Part shown: positions 9,283-19,209 of the stretch, piece after piece | Position numbering within the stretch: the stretch's first letter is position 1 | Layout: the number at the start of each line of letters is the position of its first letter | Source: Hydrogenophaga sp. | Lineage (GTDB): Bacteria > Pseudomonadota > Gammaproteobacteria > Burkholderiales > Burkholderiaceae_C | DNA length: 64,000 bases | Reading direction: 5' to 3' | NCBI RefSeq assembly: GCF_051858985.1 | Contig: NZ_JBHYGM010000003.1 | Span: forward strand, 161,645 to 225,644 | Position numbers and translations under genes: made by a program | Notes under the pieces: model-generated | Databases searched by the model: none | Told to the model about the DNA's origin: nothing | Seen by the model: the letters and a program-made list of their open reading frames with translations, nothing else

Positions 9283-10842
9283 ATGAGAAGTTCAATAACT
9301 CGGGGACTGATTGAAGCAGAACCCATATTTTCCCCGAAAGAGGAAGCGCATAGCGATCGCGCTGCTCCGAATCCTGCGGCCTTGATTGAGGCGATGCGCT
9401 CTTTGGGCTACACCCTTGAGACTGCAGTAGCCGACATCGTTGACAACAGCCTCTCACATGGCGCGAGCAATGTTCATATTCAATTTGACTGGGCTGGCCC
9501 CGCCTCGACGGTTTCAATTTCCGACGACGGCAACGGAATGAGTGAAAAGCGGTTAGTGGAGGCCATGCGCGCGGGATCACATGACCCGCGTGCGGAACGA
9601 GCAGCAGGAGATTTGGGCCGGTTCGGCTTGGGACTGAAAACGGCATCTTTTTCGCAGGCTAGTCGCTTGAGTGTGATGACGCGAGCCAAGGGGCTACCCG
9701 AAGCCATCCGAGTCTGGGATTTGCCGCATGTGTCCAAGGTGAACGACTGGCTGCTGTTGCGTGAGGTCAGCGCAAGCGCCTCTTTACAAGCGGAGTGGAT
9801 GCGTAGCCAGTCCTCAGGCACATGCGTGGTTTGGGAGGGCGTGGATCGACTGGTAGGGGACGCGAGCGCAGATAACGTGAACGCACACAAAGCATTCATG
9901 GAAGCAGCCGACCGCGTCGCAATCCATCTGGCTATGGTGTTTGGCGAGTTCCTCATCGGCGCTAGCGCAGTGAAGATCACCATAGGAAATGTTGCGCTAT
10001 CTCGCTGGGATCCCTTTCTGCGGGATCATTCTGCTACACAGGTACTTCCCCAGGAGCAGCTTGCTGACGGCCGACACGGTATTTCCGTGCAGCCATATGT
10101 CCTGCCGCACCACTCGCGACTATCCAAGAGCGAATTCGTGACAGCAGCGGGCGCCAAGGGATGGAACTCGCATCAGGGCTTTTACGTTTATCGGAATCGG
10201 AGACTGATCTCTGCAGGGGGCTGGCTCTCTTTGGGACTTACTCGCGATGAGCATCTGAAGCTCGCGCGAATTCGGATCGACTTGGGCAATGAAGTCGACT
10301 TCGACTGGAAGCTGGATGTGCGCAAGTCGGTGGCCAGCCCGCCGATTGCGTTGCGGCAGGAGTTGCGACGCATCGCGCGCCTGACGCGTGAACGTGCTCA
10401 AGAGGTTTATCGCCACCGTGGGCGGCGAATCGTGGCAGCCAGCCCGGATGACCAATCCACTGTCTGGGAGGCAAGACAGATGCGTGGCAAGACCTTGTTT
10501 CGCATCAGTAGAGATCACCCATTGGTCAGGGCATTGACAGGCCCAGATGAAAGTGGGCGCGCCACAGAGGCCCTGCTCAAACTAGTGGAGCAGACGATTC
10601 CATTGGCCTCGATCTACATTCGCCATGCTGAGGCTCCGAACGATCAACCGACTCCGTTTGATGACACAAAGGACGCGGCCTTTAAAGAGATGCTTTGTGA
10701 CCTTTACCAAGGCATGCGGGTGGCAGGGCATAGCCACGAACAGGCAGTGGCTACCCTGTCCACGCTTAGCGCCGTCAAGACCCGACCGCATTTGATTGCC
10801 ACGCTCCATTCAAATCCTCCTACGCTGTCTGAGCTCGACTGA
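9283..10842 (+). CDS. GHKL/MORC-family ATPase (MutL-like; MzaB-like)
   Basis: GHKL boxes ADIVDNS, DDGNGM, GRFGLGLKTAS, GTCVVW; S5-like second domain (QGFYVYRNRRLI, LARIRID); GAGGAG RBS. Confidence 0.9.
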   Translation: MRSSITRGLIEAEPIFSPKEEAHSDRAAPNPAALIEAMRSLGYTLETAVADIVDNSLSHGASNVHIQFDWAGPASTVSISDDGNGMSEKRLVEAMRAGSHDPRAERAAGDLGRFGLGLKTASFSQASRLSVMTRAKGLPEAIRVWDLPHVSKVNDWLLLREVSASASLQAEWMRSQSSGTCVVWEGVDRLVGDASADNVNAHKAFMEAADRVAIHLAMVFGEFLIGASAVKITIGNVALSRWDPFLRDHSATQVLPQEQLADGRHGISVQPYVLPHHSRLSKSEFVTAAGAKGWNSHQGFYVYRNRRLISAGGWLSLGLTRDEHLKLARIRIDLGNEVDFDWKLDVRKSVASPPIALRQELRRIARLTRERAQEVYRHRGRRIVAASPDDQSTVWEARQMRGKTLFRISRDHPLVRALTGPDESGRATEALLKLVEQTIPLASIYIRHAEAPNDQPTPFDDTKDAAFKEMLCDLYQGMRVAGHSHEQAVATLSTLSAVKTRPHLIATLHSNPPTLSELD

Positions 10843-13763
10843 TGAACCTCTCAATCACCAACTTTCTCCCTGACGCTCAAAAAGAGGCACGTGCCCAAGC
10901 ACGCACTGCCCTGACTCGCTTTCCAAATCCAGATCTGGAACGCATCCGCATCTGCTGCGACAAGGCACGTCGTTTTGTTGAGGAGGACTTCGGCCAAGGG
11001 TCTGTGGATGTCGAGGAGCTCGTCGATTACTTCGCTGCCAACAGCAACATCTTCGTGCCTCTTGCACAGACGCTGAAGGATTCAAAAGACCACGTTGATT
11101 GGCTAGCAGGGCGTAGGGGAGAGATTCCATGGAAGTTCTGGCAGCGCTATCAGACTTTTCTTCAGTCAATTGAGGAACTGCCAGATCCCGTCATTCGATC
11201 CATAGAGGTTCGTACAGAAGGGATTCTGGAGCTACTAGAAGACCCGCGGCGTCCTGGTCCATGGGACAGGCGTGGGCTTGTGGTGGGGAGCGTGCAGTCC
11301 GGCAAGACGGGCAACTTCCTAGGACTCGCCAGCAAGGCTCTGGATGCTGGCTACAAACTAGTGATCATCTTGGCAGGCATCCACAACAGCTTGCGCGCGC
11401 AGACGCAGATTCGGATGGAGGAAGGCTTGCTCGGTTACAACACTGACTCAAGCCTATTTTTTGAGGAGGCAAGTACGAAGGTCGGAGTTGGCACGCTCGC
11501 ATTCCCGGATCTTCCGGTGAACTCGATGACTTCCCGAGCAGAGACAGGTGACTTCAAGGCTAGCAACCTTGGGACCGTGATGCACTTGGGCGAAACACCC
11601 TTCATCGTCGTCGTCAAGAAGCACGCCAGCATCCTAGAAAATCTGCGAAAGTGGCTAACGCTAAAGAATGGGGTGGAGCTTCCCGACGGAAGCAAACTTG
11701 TCAGGGACTTGCCTATGCTTGTAATCGACGACGAGGCTGATCATTCGTCGATCAACACCAGAAAGCTCACAAAGCTAAGCGCAGACGGGATCTCTGCAGA
11801 AGAGGTGGATCCCACTCGAATCAACCAGCGTATCCGGCAGTTGCTCCAAGCTTTCGACAAAAGCGCTTATGTCGGTTACACCGCAACACCGTTCGCGAAC
11901 ATCTTCGTGGATCCGAGAGCCAAGCATGAAAAGTTCGGCGAGGATTTATTTCCTCGAAGCTTCATTGTCTCGTTGCCTCCGCCAGAGAACTACTTCAGTG
12001 TTGAAAGGGCCTTCGGCAACGACGGGGACTGGGATTCGGGCATTGAGGCTACGCATGGGTTGCCCATAACGCGGCTGGTTGAGGATTTCCCAACAGGGGT
12101 CGGTTCCAGTTCCGCGCTCGCTGATTTACCGGGAACGCTCAAGGAGGCGATCAATGCATTCCTTCTTGTCTGTACGGCGCGTCACGCGCGCGGCCAGACG
12201 GCGAAGCACAATTCGATGTTGATCCATGTGGCTCGTTACATCGAGGCCCAAAGCAAGATTTCCGAACTTGTTCAGACAGAACTTTTGTTCTTGCAACGAC
12301 GCATCGCGAATGAACGTGATGATGCAGCAGTATCTTTGCGCGATGAACTACGGAAGCTCTGGGAATCCGACTTTGTGAAGACAACGCGCGACATTGCGGA
12401 GTGGAGCTGCCCCGAAATGAGTTGGGGGGAAATCGAGCCGTCGCTCATCGCGGCTATCTCGAAAATTCAAGTTCGCGAAATCAATGGGAGTTCCGGCGAC
12501 ATCCTCGACTATGAGAAACACCGCGATGCTGGCATCAGCGTGATCGCAGTGGGGGGAGACAAGCTTTCGCGCGGACTGACGCTCGAGGGGCTGTCGGTGT
12601 CGTACTACATGCGCGTATCGAAAATGTACGACTCGTTGCTGCAGATGGGACGTTGGTTTGGCTACCGGCCTGGCTATGTTGACCTCTGTCGCATATACAC
12701 GTCCCGAGAATTGATCGCTTGGTATCGTCACATTGCGCTTGCGGAAGCCGAGCTTCGTCGCGAGTTCGAACGAATGGCAGTGATCAAAGCCACGCCCGAG
12801 GAGTACGGCCTTCGAGTCCGTACCCACCCCGACGGAATGATGGTGACCGCCCTGAATAAAGCTAGAGCGAGTCAGAAAGTCCAAGTTTCGTACGAAGGAA
12901 CACTAACCCAGTGCGTGGTTCTCGACACGGCAGTCCACGTACGCAAAAACAACGAGAGTGCGACAACAACCCTGATTCAGAGAATGGGAGACACCAGGAT
13001 GCGCACCGAAGATGGCTTATCGCCAACGCGTATATGGTCGAGGATAGATGCCGAAGCAGTTTGCGCTTGGCTTGAAGCATTCCAGTCACCCATGGGTACA
13101 AACGGTTTCGACTCGCGTCGCATCAGCCAGTTCATTAGGCGGCAGCAAGGGAGCGGCGAACTTGTCGAATGGACGGTGGCCCTGGTCAGTGCTAATGGAG
13201 GTGCTGAATCCACGGTTGCAGATCTCAAGGTCCAACTCGCAAAGAGAAGTCATGCAGGAAGTCCTCGAGAGGGGCCGTATACGTTACTCAACAGTAACGT
13301 CCTCAACCCTCCAGACCAATGGATTGACCTGAAGGGAGCGGTGCTGGACGAGCTTTGGGTGAAACACCTATTGAAGAAGCGTGCCTTCAAGATAGAACAC
13401 CATGGCGAGCGTGCGGTGGTCGAAGGCGCGGTGGGACGCGACGCGCTAGAAGTAGCCCAAGAACTGAGCCTACTGCGCTTTGAGGCAGATCGAGAAGCCG
13501 GGCGTACTCGCTCCAACCAAACGGCTCCGAAGAAGCCTTTGGGGTCCGTAGTACGCGATATTCGCCCAACGAGTTGCGGACTTTTGCTGATTTATCCCCT
13601 CGACAGCTCCCACGCAGGCTTCGTCCCTAGTGACCTGCCGTTCTACACCTGCGCGATAAGCTTCCCCGCTAGCGCGACTGCAGTGCCAATCGAGTATCAA
13701 GTGAACGAGGTTTACCGCAGACTGCACTTGGATCAGTTGGAGGAGCCTGATCGTGAGGATTGA
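10842..13763 (+). CDS. Z1 domain protein with SF2-helicase-like N-terminus (MzaC-like putative endonuclease/translocase)
   Basis: GSVQSGKT (Walker A), IDDEADH (Walker B), YTATPFAN, LSRGLTLEGL, LQMGRWFGYRPGY; TGATG coupling to the ATPase gene. Confidence 0.9.
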   Translation: MNLSITNFLPDAQKEARAQARTALTRFPNPDLERIRICCDKARRFVEEDFGQGSVDVEELVDYFAANSNIFVPLAQTLKDSKDHVDWLAGRRGEIPWKFWQRYQTFLQSIEELPDPVIRSIEVRTEGILELLEDPRRPGPWDRRGLVVGSVQSGKTGNFLGLASKALDAGYKLVIILAGIHNSLRAQTQIRMEEGLLGYNTDSSLFFEEASTKVGVGTLAFPDLPVNSMTSRAETGDFKASNLGTVMHLGETPFIVVVKKHASILENLRKWLTLKNGVELPDGSKLVRDLPMLVIDDEADHSSINTRKLTKLSADGISAEEVDPTRINQRIRQLLQAFDKSAYVGYTATPFANIFVDPRAKHEKFGEDLFPRSFIVSLPPPENYFSVERAFGNDGDWDSGIEATHGLPITRLVEDFPTGVGSSSALADLPGTLKEAINAFLLVCTARHARGQTAKHNSMLIHVARYIEAQSKISELVQTELLFLQRRIANERDDAAVSLRDELRKLWESDFVKTTRDIAEWSCPEMSWGEIEPSLIAAISKIQVREINGSSGDILDYEKHRDAGISVIAVGGDKLSRGLTLEGLSVSYYMRVSKMYDSLLQMGRWFGYRPGYVDLCRIYTSRELIAWYRHIALAEAELRREFERMAVIKATPEEYGLRVRTHPDGMMVTALNKARASQKVQVSYEGTLTQCVVLDTAVHVRKNNESATTTLIQRMGDTRMRTEDGLSPTRIWSRIDAEAVCAWLEAFQSPMGTNGFDSRRISQFIRRQQGSGELVEWTVALVSANGGAESTVADLKVQLAKRSHAGSPREGPYTLLNSNVLNPPDQWIDLKGAVLDELWVKHLLKKRAFKIEHHGERAVVEGAVGRDALEVAQELSLLRFEADREAGRTRSNQTAPKKPLGSVVRDIRPTSCGLLLIYPLDSSHAGFVPSDLPFYTCAISFPASATAVPIEYQVNEVYRRLHLDQLEEPDRED

Positions 13764-14784
13764 GACGCTTGAGCAGTTCTGGCAAGAAATCGAGGCTTCC
13801 CCGAAGCCTGATCAGCTGGGCTGGGTGAGGAGATTAGCGAATGCAGGGGCCGTTGTGCCGGTACATGCTGCAGTCGCGTGCCGGGGAGGCACGCGATCCA
13901 TCATGCTCGATATTCCGGTGACGGCCGTGATCCTTCTCCAGCATCTGCCCTCGACAAGCGGGCTCACAGTTGAACTCGTGCCTGCGCTGCAGAATGTGCC
14001 GGAAGGCATGCGAACTTTGGCTGTCGCGTTGGAGGACTACCAGTACGTCGACATTTTCAGCGTGTTCTGCGCCGATGTAGTGGACGGCATTTCGCGATGT
14101 GTAAAGGTGCAGGATGCCGTTTTGTTATTGCTTCAACGCTTTCAGCGCTGGCAGCAATTTCTGAGTAAAGCTGTAGATGGGCTGAGTCAACAAGCACTGA
14201 TTGGTCTGTACGGTGAGCTTCAGGTGTTGCGCGAAATTCTGATTCCGCTCTGTGGGATTGGCATGGTTGCCGCTTGGTGCGGAGCTCAACGAACCCCGCA
14301 GGACTTCATAGTGCCAGGTATTTGCGCTGTGGAGGTAAAGAGCACTATGGCCAGATCGATGCTGCGAGTTCGCATCCATGGTGAACGCCAACTGGACGAT
14401 AACGGACTGACTTCTCTGTTTTTGGTTTGCTTTCGGCTCCAACGGGAGGAGGGAAGCGGGGAAAGCCTGAACCAACTTGTCGACGAGTTGCGGCAGCGAG
14501 CCGCGATTGCACCGGAGTTTTCAATGATTCTTGACCAGCACTTGGCCGACGCAGGTTGGTTCGAACGGCATCGTCAACGGTACGAAGCTCAGAGACTGGT
14601 AGTCGCGCAGCGGCGCTTTTTTCGCGTCGGCGAAGGCTTTCCGCGACTGCTTCCTCGCTCGTTGGCTGCGGGCATTGATGAAGTCGAGTACCAGCTCGAT
14701 CTGCGGTCTTGTGAATCCATGGAGTGTGGTTTTAAGGAATTTGAAGCCTCCTTGAGGGCCCTTGAGCTTGCTTCTGGCAAATGA
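13753..14784 (+). CDS. PD-(D/E)XK motif protein, DUF4420-like (MzaD-like)
   Basis: GLYGEL and QDF...AVEVKST nuclease-like motif; GTG start overlapping the Z1 gene end; conserved position between Z1 and AIPR. Confidence 0.85.
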   Translation: MRIETLEQFWQEIEASPKPDQLGWVRRLANAGAVVPVHAAVACRGGTRSIMLDIPVTAVILLQHLPSTSGLTVELVPALQNVPEGMRTLAVALEDYQYVDIFSVFCADVVDGISRCVKVQDAVLLLLQRFQRWQQFLSKAVDGLSQQALIGLYGELQVLREILIPLCGIGMVAAWCGAQRTPQDFIVPGICAVEVKSTMARSMLRVRIHGERQLDDNGLTSLFLVCFRLQREEGSGESLNQLVDELRQRAAIAPEFSMILDQHLADAGWFERHRQRYEAQRLVVAQRRFFRVGEGFPRLLPRSLAAGIDEVEYQLDLRSCESMECGFKEFEASLRALELASGK

Positions 14785-16856
14785 CGATGACGCTAAACGA
14801 CTACTTTCAGCAGCTGCGCAACGAAGTTCTGAACGATGCGGGAACCGACGGTGGCGAGACCTTCGTCGCCGAAGCTTTTACTCGACGCTTCCTCGACCTG
14901 CTTGCTGAAGCTGGGGAAATTGCAGATGCGGATGTCAGCTATTACGCGCGCACAGGCATGCGTGTCGATGGATATGCAGCCGACGAGAACGAAGACACAC
15001 TGGATTTGTTCGTGACGCTTCGCAATGGGGGCGAGGTTCCCGAGCCCATCGAAAAGCTTCGGGTCGATACGACCTTCCGGCAGTTGGCTGGCTTTTATGC
15101 AAAGGCGCAGGCAGGCCTGCATGCAAGGATGGAAGAGGTAGAACCAGCCTTTGAGCTCGCACAAAAGATTCACCTCCAGCATCAGCAGAACGAGGGCTTT
15201 AGCCGCGTTCGCCTGTTTCTCGTCACTGATGGGATAGTCAATGTCAACCGTCTGCCAGATCCGCCAGAACTTGGGGTGGCGAATGTCACTTTGCATGTTT
15301 GGGATTTGGAGCGACTGTTCCGGTGGTACAGCTCGGGCCGGGATCGCGAGGCTATCGAGGTAGTGCTGTCAGATCGTGACTTGCCGCCGGTTAGCTGCTT
15401 GGAATTCGACCAGCCCGGAGCAGACTACGTTAGTTATTTAGCGATCTTTCCGGCCGAGGTGCTGGTGTCGATTTACGGACGTTACGGACCACGCCTCCTC
15501 GAACGCAATGTTCGCTCGTTTCTGCAGGTTCGTGGTGAGATCAATAAGGGAATCCGCGCCACGATCATGGAGGAGCCGGACCGATTTTTCGCGTACAACA
15601 ACGGCCTCACCGCAACTGCATCGGAGATCGAGGTAGAGAGGCAGCCGAGCGGTGCTTTGCGAATCACGCGGTTAGTTGACTTGCAGATAGTCAATGGCGG
15701 GCAGACTACAGCCTCGCTCTTTCGTGCTGTGCGTAAGGATCGGGCCGATATCAGTCGGATCGCGGTCCAAGTGAAGCTCAACCGGGTGCGTGACCATGAG
15801 GCGCTCAGCGAGCTGGTTGGACATATTTCCAAGTTCGCCAATTCGCAGAACAAGGTTAGCGTGTCCGACTTATCGGCGAATGATCCGTTTAATCAGAGAC
15901 TCGAAGAGCTCTCTCGCACCGTCTGGGCTCCAGCTAAAGGTGGAGCTCAGCTTGAGACGAAGTGGTTTTATGAGAGGGCCCGGGCGCAGTACGCAGATGG
16001 ACTAGCGAGTGCGGACACACCCGCGAGGAGGTCAAAGTTCGAAAGGGAATATCCAAAAATTCAGCTATTCGGAAAAACAGATGTCGCTAAGTACGAGATG
16101 GCTTGGAACCAGTATCCTCATGTGGTGAGCCGAGGAGCACAGAAGTGCTTCGTGGTTTTTAACGAAGAGATAACCAAACGCGGTACAAACTATCGGCCCG
16201 AGAAGAGTTTCTTCGTTCACCTCATCGCGCGAAAGATCCTGTTTGACGCCTTGGACAAGATCGTGTTGAAGAAGAAGTACAGCTACAAGGCACAGGTTGT
16301 CGCATATGCACTTTCCTGGCTTTCGTTCCAGACGCGAAAGCGATTTGACTTTGATGCTGTGTGGAACGATCAAGCGATTTCGACACCAGTCCTCTTGTTC
16401 CTTGAAGACTTGGCCGAGCTTGTGCATCCCGTGATCGCGAGTCCCCCCGGTGGAAAGAATGTGACGGACTGGTACAAAAGTGAAGCTTGCTGGAAGTCTG
16501 TTCAGTTGCTTGACCTGTCATTGCCCGAAGGGCTCAAGAGTTTGGTTGATGAATCCTTGTTATCAGAAGCCATTGGTATCGACGCTCCAACAAGCGAGGA
16601 AGAGGTCGAGATCATTTGGGCTAGATCCGTCTCCGCCGAAGTTTGGTTCGAGATCTCTGCTTGGGCCAAGAGGACAGATTCGCTCGCATCTTGGCAGCGC
16701 AGCATTGCGTTCAGCCTCGGTAAGCTGTCGGGCCAAGGCCGGGCACCCTCACGCAAGCAAGCAACTCAAGGGCGGAGGCTGTATGACGAAGCGGTACGCC
16801 AAGGGTTTGCAAGTTCTGCCAAACCCGGCGATGCCTTCCTGGCGCGCTCAGGGTAA
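14781..16856 (+). CDS. AIPR family protein (MzaE-like)
   Basis: LLERNVRSFL, FFAYNNGLT, QIVNGGQTTASL, ANSQNKV motifs; ATGA overlap with the upstream gene. Confidence 0.9.
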   Translation: MTMTLNDYFQQLRNEVLNDAGTDGGETFVAEAFTRRFLDLLAEAGEIADADVSYYARTGMRVDGYAADENEDTLDLFVTLRNGGEVPEPIEKLRVDTTFRQLAGFYAKAQAGLHARMEEVEPAFELAQKIHLQHQQNEGFSRVRLFLVTDGIVNVNRLPDPPELGVANVTLHVWDLERLFRWYSSGRDREAIEVVLSDRDLPPVSCLEFDQPGADYVSYLAIFPAEVLVSIYGRYGPRLLERNVRSFLQVRGEINKGIRATIMEEPDRFFAYNNGLTATASEIEVERQPSGALRITRLVDLQIVNGGQTTASLFRAVRKDRADISRIAVQVKLNRVRDHEALSELVGHISKFANSQNKVSVSDLSANDPFNQRLEELSRTVWAPAKGGAQLETKWFYERARAQYADGLASADTPARRSKFEREYPKIQLFGKTDVAKYEMAWNQYPHVVSRGAQKCFVVFNEEITKRGTNYRPEKSFFVHLIARKILFDALDKIVLKKKYSYKAQVVAYALSWLSFQTRKRFDFDAVWNDQAISTPVLLFLEDLAELVHPVIASPPGGKNVTDWYKSEACWKSVQLLDLSLPEGLKSLVDESLLSEAIGIDAPTSEEEVEIIWARSVSAEVWFEISAWAKRTDSLASWQRSIAFSLGKLSGQGRAPSRKQATQGRRLYDEAVRQGFASSAKPGDAFLARSG

Positions 16857-16890
16857 ACCCCCCATCCCGCTTGTTTGCAACACAATTGTT

Positions 16891-18450
16891 TCAAGGGCGC
16901 TGTGGTCGCTTGGTATTTGGACGAGTGCTTAGGACTTTTGCTACGAGGTGTGCAATTTGATGCGACAGCAGTGATGGCACCGCGTTGCCCACTTGGTGGT
17001 ACTGCTGAGTGCGGTTGCCTTGGAAAAAGTAGTTGTCAGGAAAAGTCTGGAGCCTCGCAGCCTCTCGGACAGTGAGGCTGCGACATTGACTTGGATCCGG
17101 GTGAATGAAGTAGTGCCCATCCTTAGCGATGTGGCTGGTGACCGTTGTGCTCGGTTGGTCGTGGAGCTGCACCCGGAACCGGTCTACAAACTTGCCTGAC
17201 TCCCAGTTCTTGTGGTCAGGCGCCAAACCTTCCAATGGAAAGTCCTTGTGGCTCTTCGGTGTCCTCTTGTTCAGCAGCCCAAACACCGAAGTGTAGAAGT
17301 ACCGCCCCAGATCGCTATCCATGTGCGATCGAGATTCATGGTTAAGCCATACATCCAGTCGATCATCCTTTACCCAGTTCGCAAACGTGGAGGGCGATTC
17401 CAGTGCTTTTGTTTGTCGATATCGAAGAGCGCCAGTCTCCAGTGTCAGACCGAGCTTGATGGCAGCTCCTCTAAGTTGCAAAGCAAGTTGGTCAAACCCT
17501 TTGGACTCCGCATCCACAAGCAGCTTCTTCGCCATTCTTTGAACGACGAGTCTCCACTCATCATCGCTGTCGTTCTTGCTGAGTCTGCTTCTGAGTTGAG
17601 GGAGCGAAAAGATGGCGTTCTCGACGGTGAGAGATGGACGCTTTTCAAGCAGGTGTTGCCCCTCGTAACCCAGTTCTTCTCGTACACCCAGCAGGATGAC
17701 TCGGTGTCTTGCTTGGGGTATTCCATATTTTTCAGCTTCGATGATGAAGGCGTTGGCGTCGATGAAGTCTGGCTCCATGTCAGCTTTGTACGTCGCCTCA
17801 CTCACTAGGGAGTGGATGGTGTATCTGACGCCATCAGGATTGCCGAGTGCCTTTCCTGGTTCTGCCAGATCTCGCAGGATGTCGTGGAAGACCAGCTTTC
17901 CGTTCACCTTTGACGACAGAATCCCTTTCACGTTTTCCATCACAAAGACGGCGGGTCGTGTTGTATTCAGGATCCGCAAGTATTCACGGTAAAGAAAGTG
18001 TCTGTGGTCGTTCTCGGCCACATAGTCTCCCTTCCCTCGATTGCGTGAACGCCCCACCAGTGAGTACGCCTGACATGGTGGTCCTCCGATCAGTACGGTT
18101 TCGTCTTCTTTCAGACGCGCATTGCGAAGGAGCTCGTCAAGTAGAAGGTTGTGCGCCGGGTCACCGAGAGTCAGCTTGTGGGCTTCGGCCTTTGCTTCTT
18201 TCCAGGCGGCTGGCGCGAGATCCCCTGGATGAGCAGCTTCCGCAGAATGGCAGTAGTCATAGTACGCATTCAGCGCTCTTTGGTCACCCTGGATGCGCCT
18301 GAAGAAACTGCGGAGCGTCAGCGTCTTGTGTGCGCTCTCTTCCATCTCGGCAGAAACTGCTATCTCATAGCTCTTTCCGCCTGCATGAGAGGCGAAGCCC
18401 TCGCCCAGTCCCCCCGGACCAGCGAATAAATCCACGATCTTGTAAGTCAT
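16891..18450 (-). CDS. dcm: DNA (cytosine-5)-methyltransferase
   Basis: Motif I DLFAGPGG, IV GGPPCQ, VI ENVKG, VIII PQARHR, IX REAARLQTFPD, X GNAVP; ATG overlaps the vsr stop (TGATG). Confidence 0.95.
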   Translation of the reverse strand: MTYKIVDLFAGPGGLGEGFASHAGGKSYEIAVSAEMEESAHKTLTLRSFFRRIQGDQRALNAYYDYCHSAEAAHPGDLAPAAWKEAKAEAHKLTLGDPAHNLLLDELLRNARLKEDETVLIGGPPCQAYSLVGRSRNRGKGDYVAENDHRHFLYREYLRILNTTRPAVFVMENVKGILSSKVNGKLVFHDILRDLAEPGKALGNPDGVRYTIHSLVSEATYKADMEPDFIDANAFIIEAEKYGIPQARHRVILLGVREELGYEGQHLLEKRPSLTVENAIFSLPQLRSRLSKNDSDDEWRLVVQRMAKKLLVDAESKGFDQLALQLRGAAIKLGLTLETGALRYRQTKALESPSTFANWVKDDRLDVWLNHESRSHMDSDLGRYFYTSVFGLLNKRTPKSHKDFPLEGLAPDHKNWESGKFVDRFRVQLHDQPSTTVTSHIAKDGHYFIHPDPSQCRSLTVREAARLQTFPDNYFFQGNRTQQYHQVGNAVPSLLSHQIAHLVAKVLSTRPNTKRPQRP

Positions 18451-18974
18451 CAATCTGTCTTCTTCTCAGTTTCTATTCGTAGTGTCGGCAGCGCTCGAAG
18501 TTCGCCGATCTGCTGGTCAGACTCGATCCAGTCAGTCAGTGCGGTCTGAACATCAAGGAGCGATCTGGTTGTTCTCAGGAAACACTCCCAAACTAACAGC
18601 ACTCTCCAGCCCATTTCTTGAAGTGCCGCTTCACATCTGGCATCCCGGGCCACATTTGCTTGGAGCTTCCCCGCCCAGAACTCGGGGCGCGTGGTGGGGA
18701 GTTTGGCGAAACGGCAATTCAGGTGGTGGTGCCAGAAGCAACCGTGTACGAAAACCGCAATTTTTCTGCCCGGCATGACCATATCGGGCTTTCCAGGCAG
18801 ATCTCGTCGATGAAGGCGGTATCGGTACCCGGCCGCAAAAAGCGCCTTCCGAACAATCAGTTCAGGTTTGGTGTTGCTCCCGCGAATGCCGGACATCATG
18901 GCGCTTCGTTTTTCGGGAGATACGACGTCTACCAAGGCGGTTCCCTGTTGGAGGTCAGAGGGCGAGCAGGTCAA
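18450..18974 (-). CDS. vsr: Very short patch repair endonuclease (true start may be TTG at 18935)
   Basis: DVVSPEKRSAMMSGIRGSNTKPE, LPGKPD, FVHGCFWHHH, N..RD, GWRVLLVWEC. Confidence 0.95.
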   Translation of the reverse strand: MTCSPSDLQQGTALVDVVSPEKRSAMMSGIRGSNTKPELIVRKALFAAGYRYRLHRRDLPGKPDMVMPGRKIAVFVHGCFWHHHLNCRFAKLPTTRPEFWAGKLQANVARDARCEAALQEMGWRVLLVWECFLRTTRSLLDVQTALTDWIESDQQIGELRALPTLRIETEKKTD

Positions 18975-19209
18975 TCAAGCCGGTTGATCGTACCAGGTTG
19001 CCCCGTGGAGCCAGTCCATTCTTTGGTGTTGCCATTGCTTATCCGTCGACCTTCTCCGGACAAGGGCGACTGTTTATCATGACGCACACCCTGGTCGCCG
19101 CGTCGTCTCAGGCCTCCCACCTGCGTTCCAGCGCGCGAGACAGGCATAGCCGCAGAGGCGGCGGTTCCGAGTTCTCCCTCACCCGCCCGCACCTCCTTCT
19201 CGTCCGTCC

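Larger units (their letters stand above)
9050..19100. mobile_element. Lower-GC horizontally acquired defence islet (boundaries approximate)
   Basis: Abrupt shift to many A/T-ending codons and lower GC relative to the flanks (judged by eye); defence gene content; no integrase, transposase or att repeat recognised. Confidence 0.6.
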
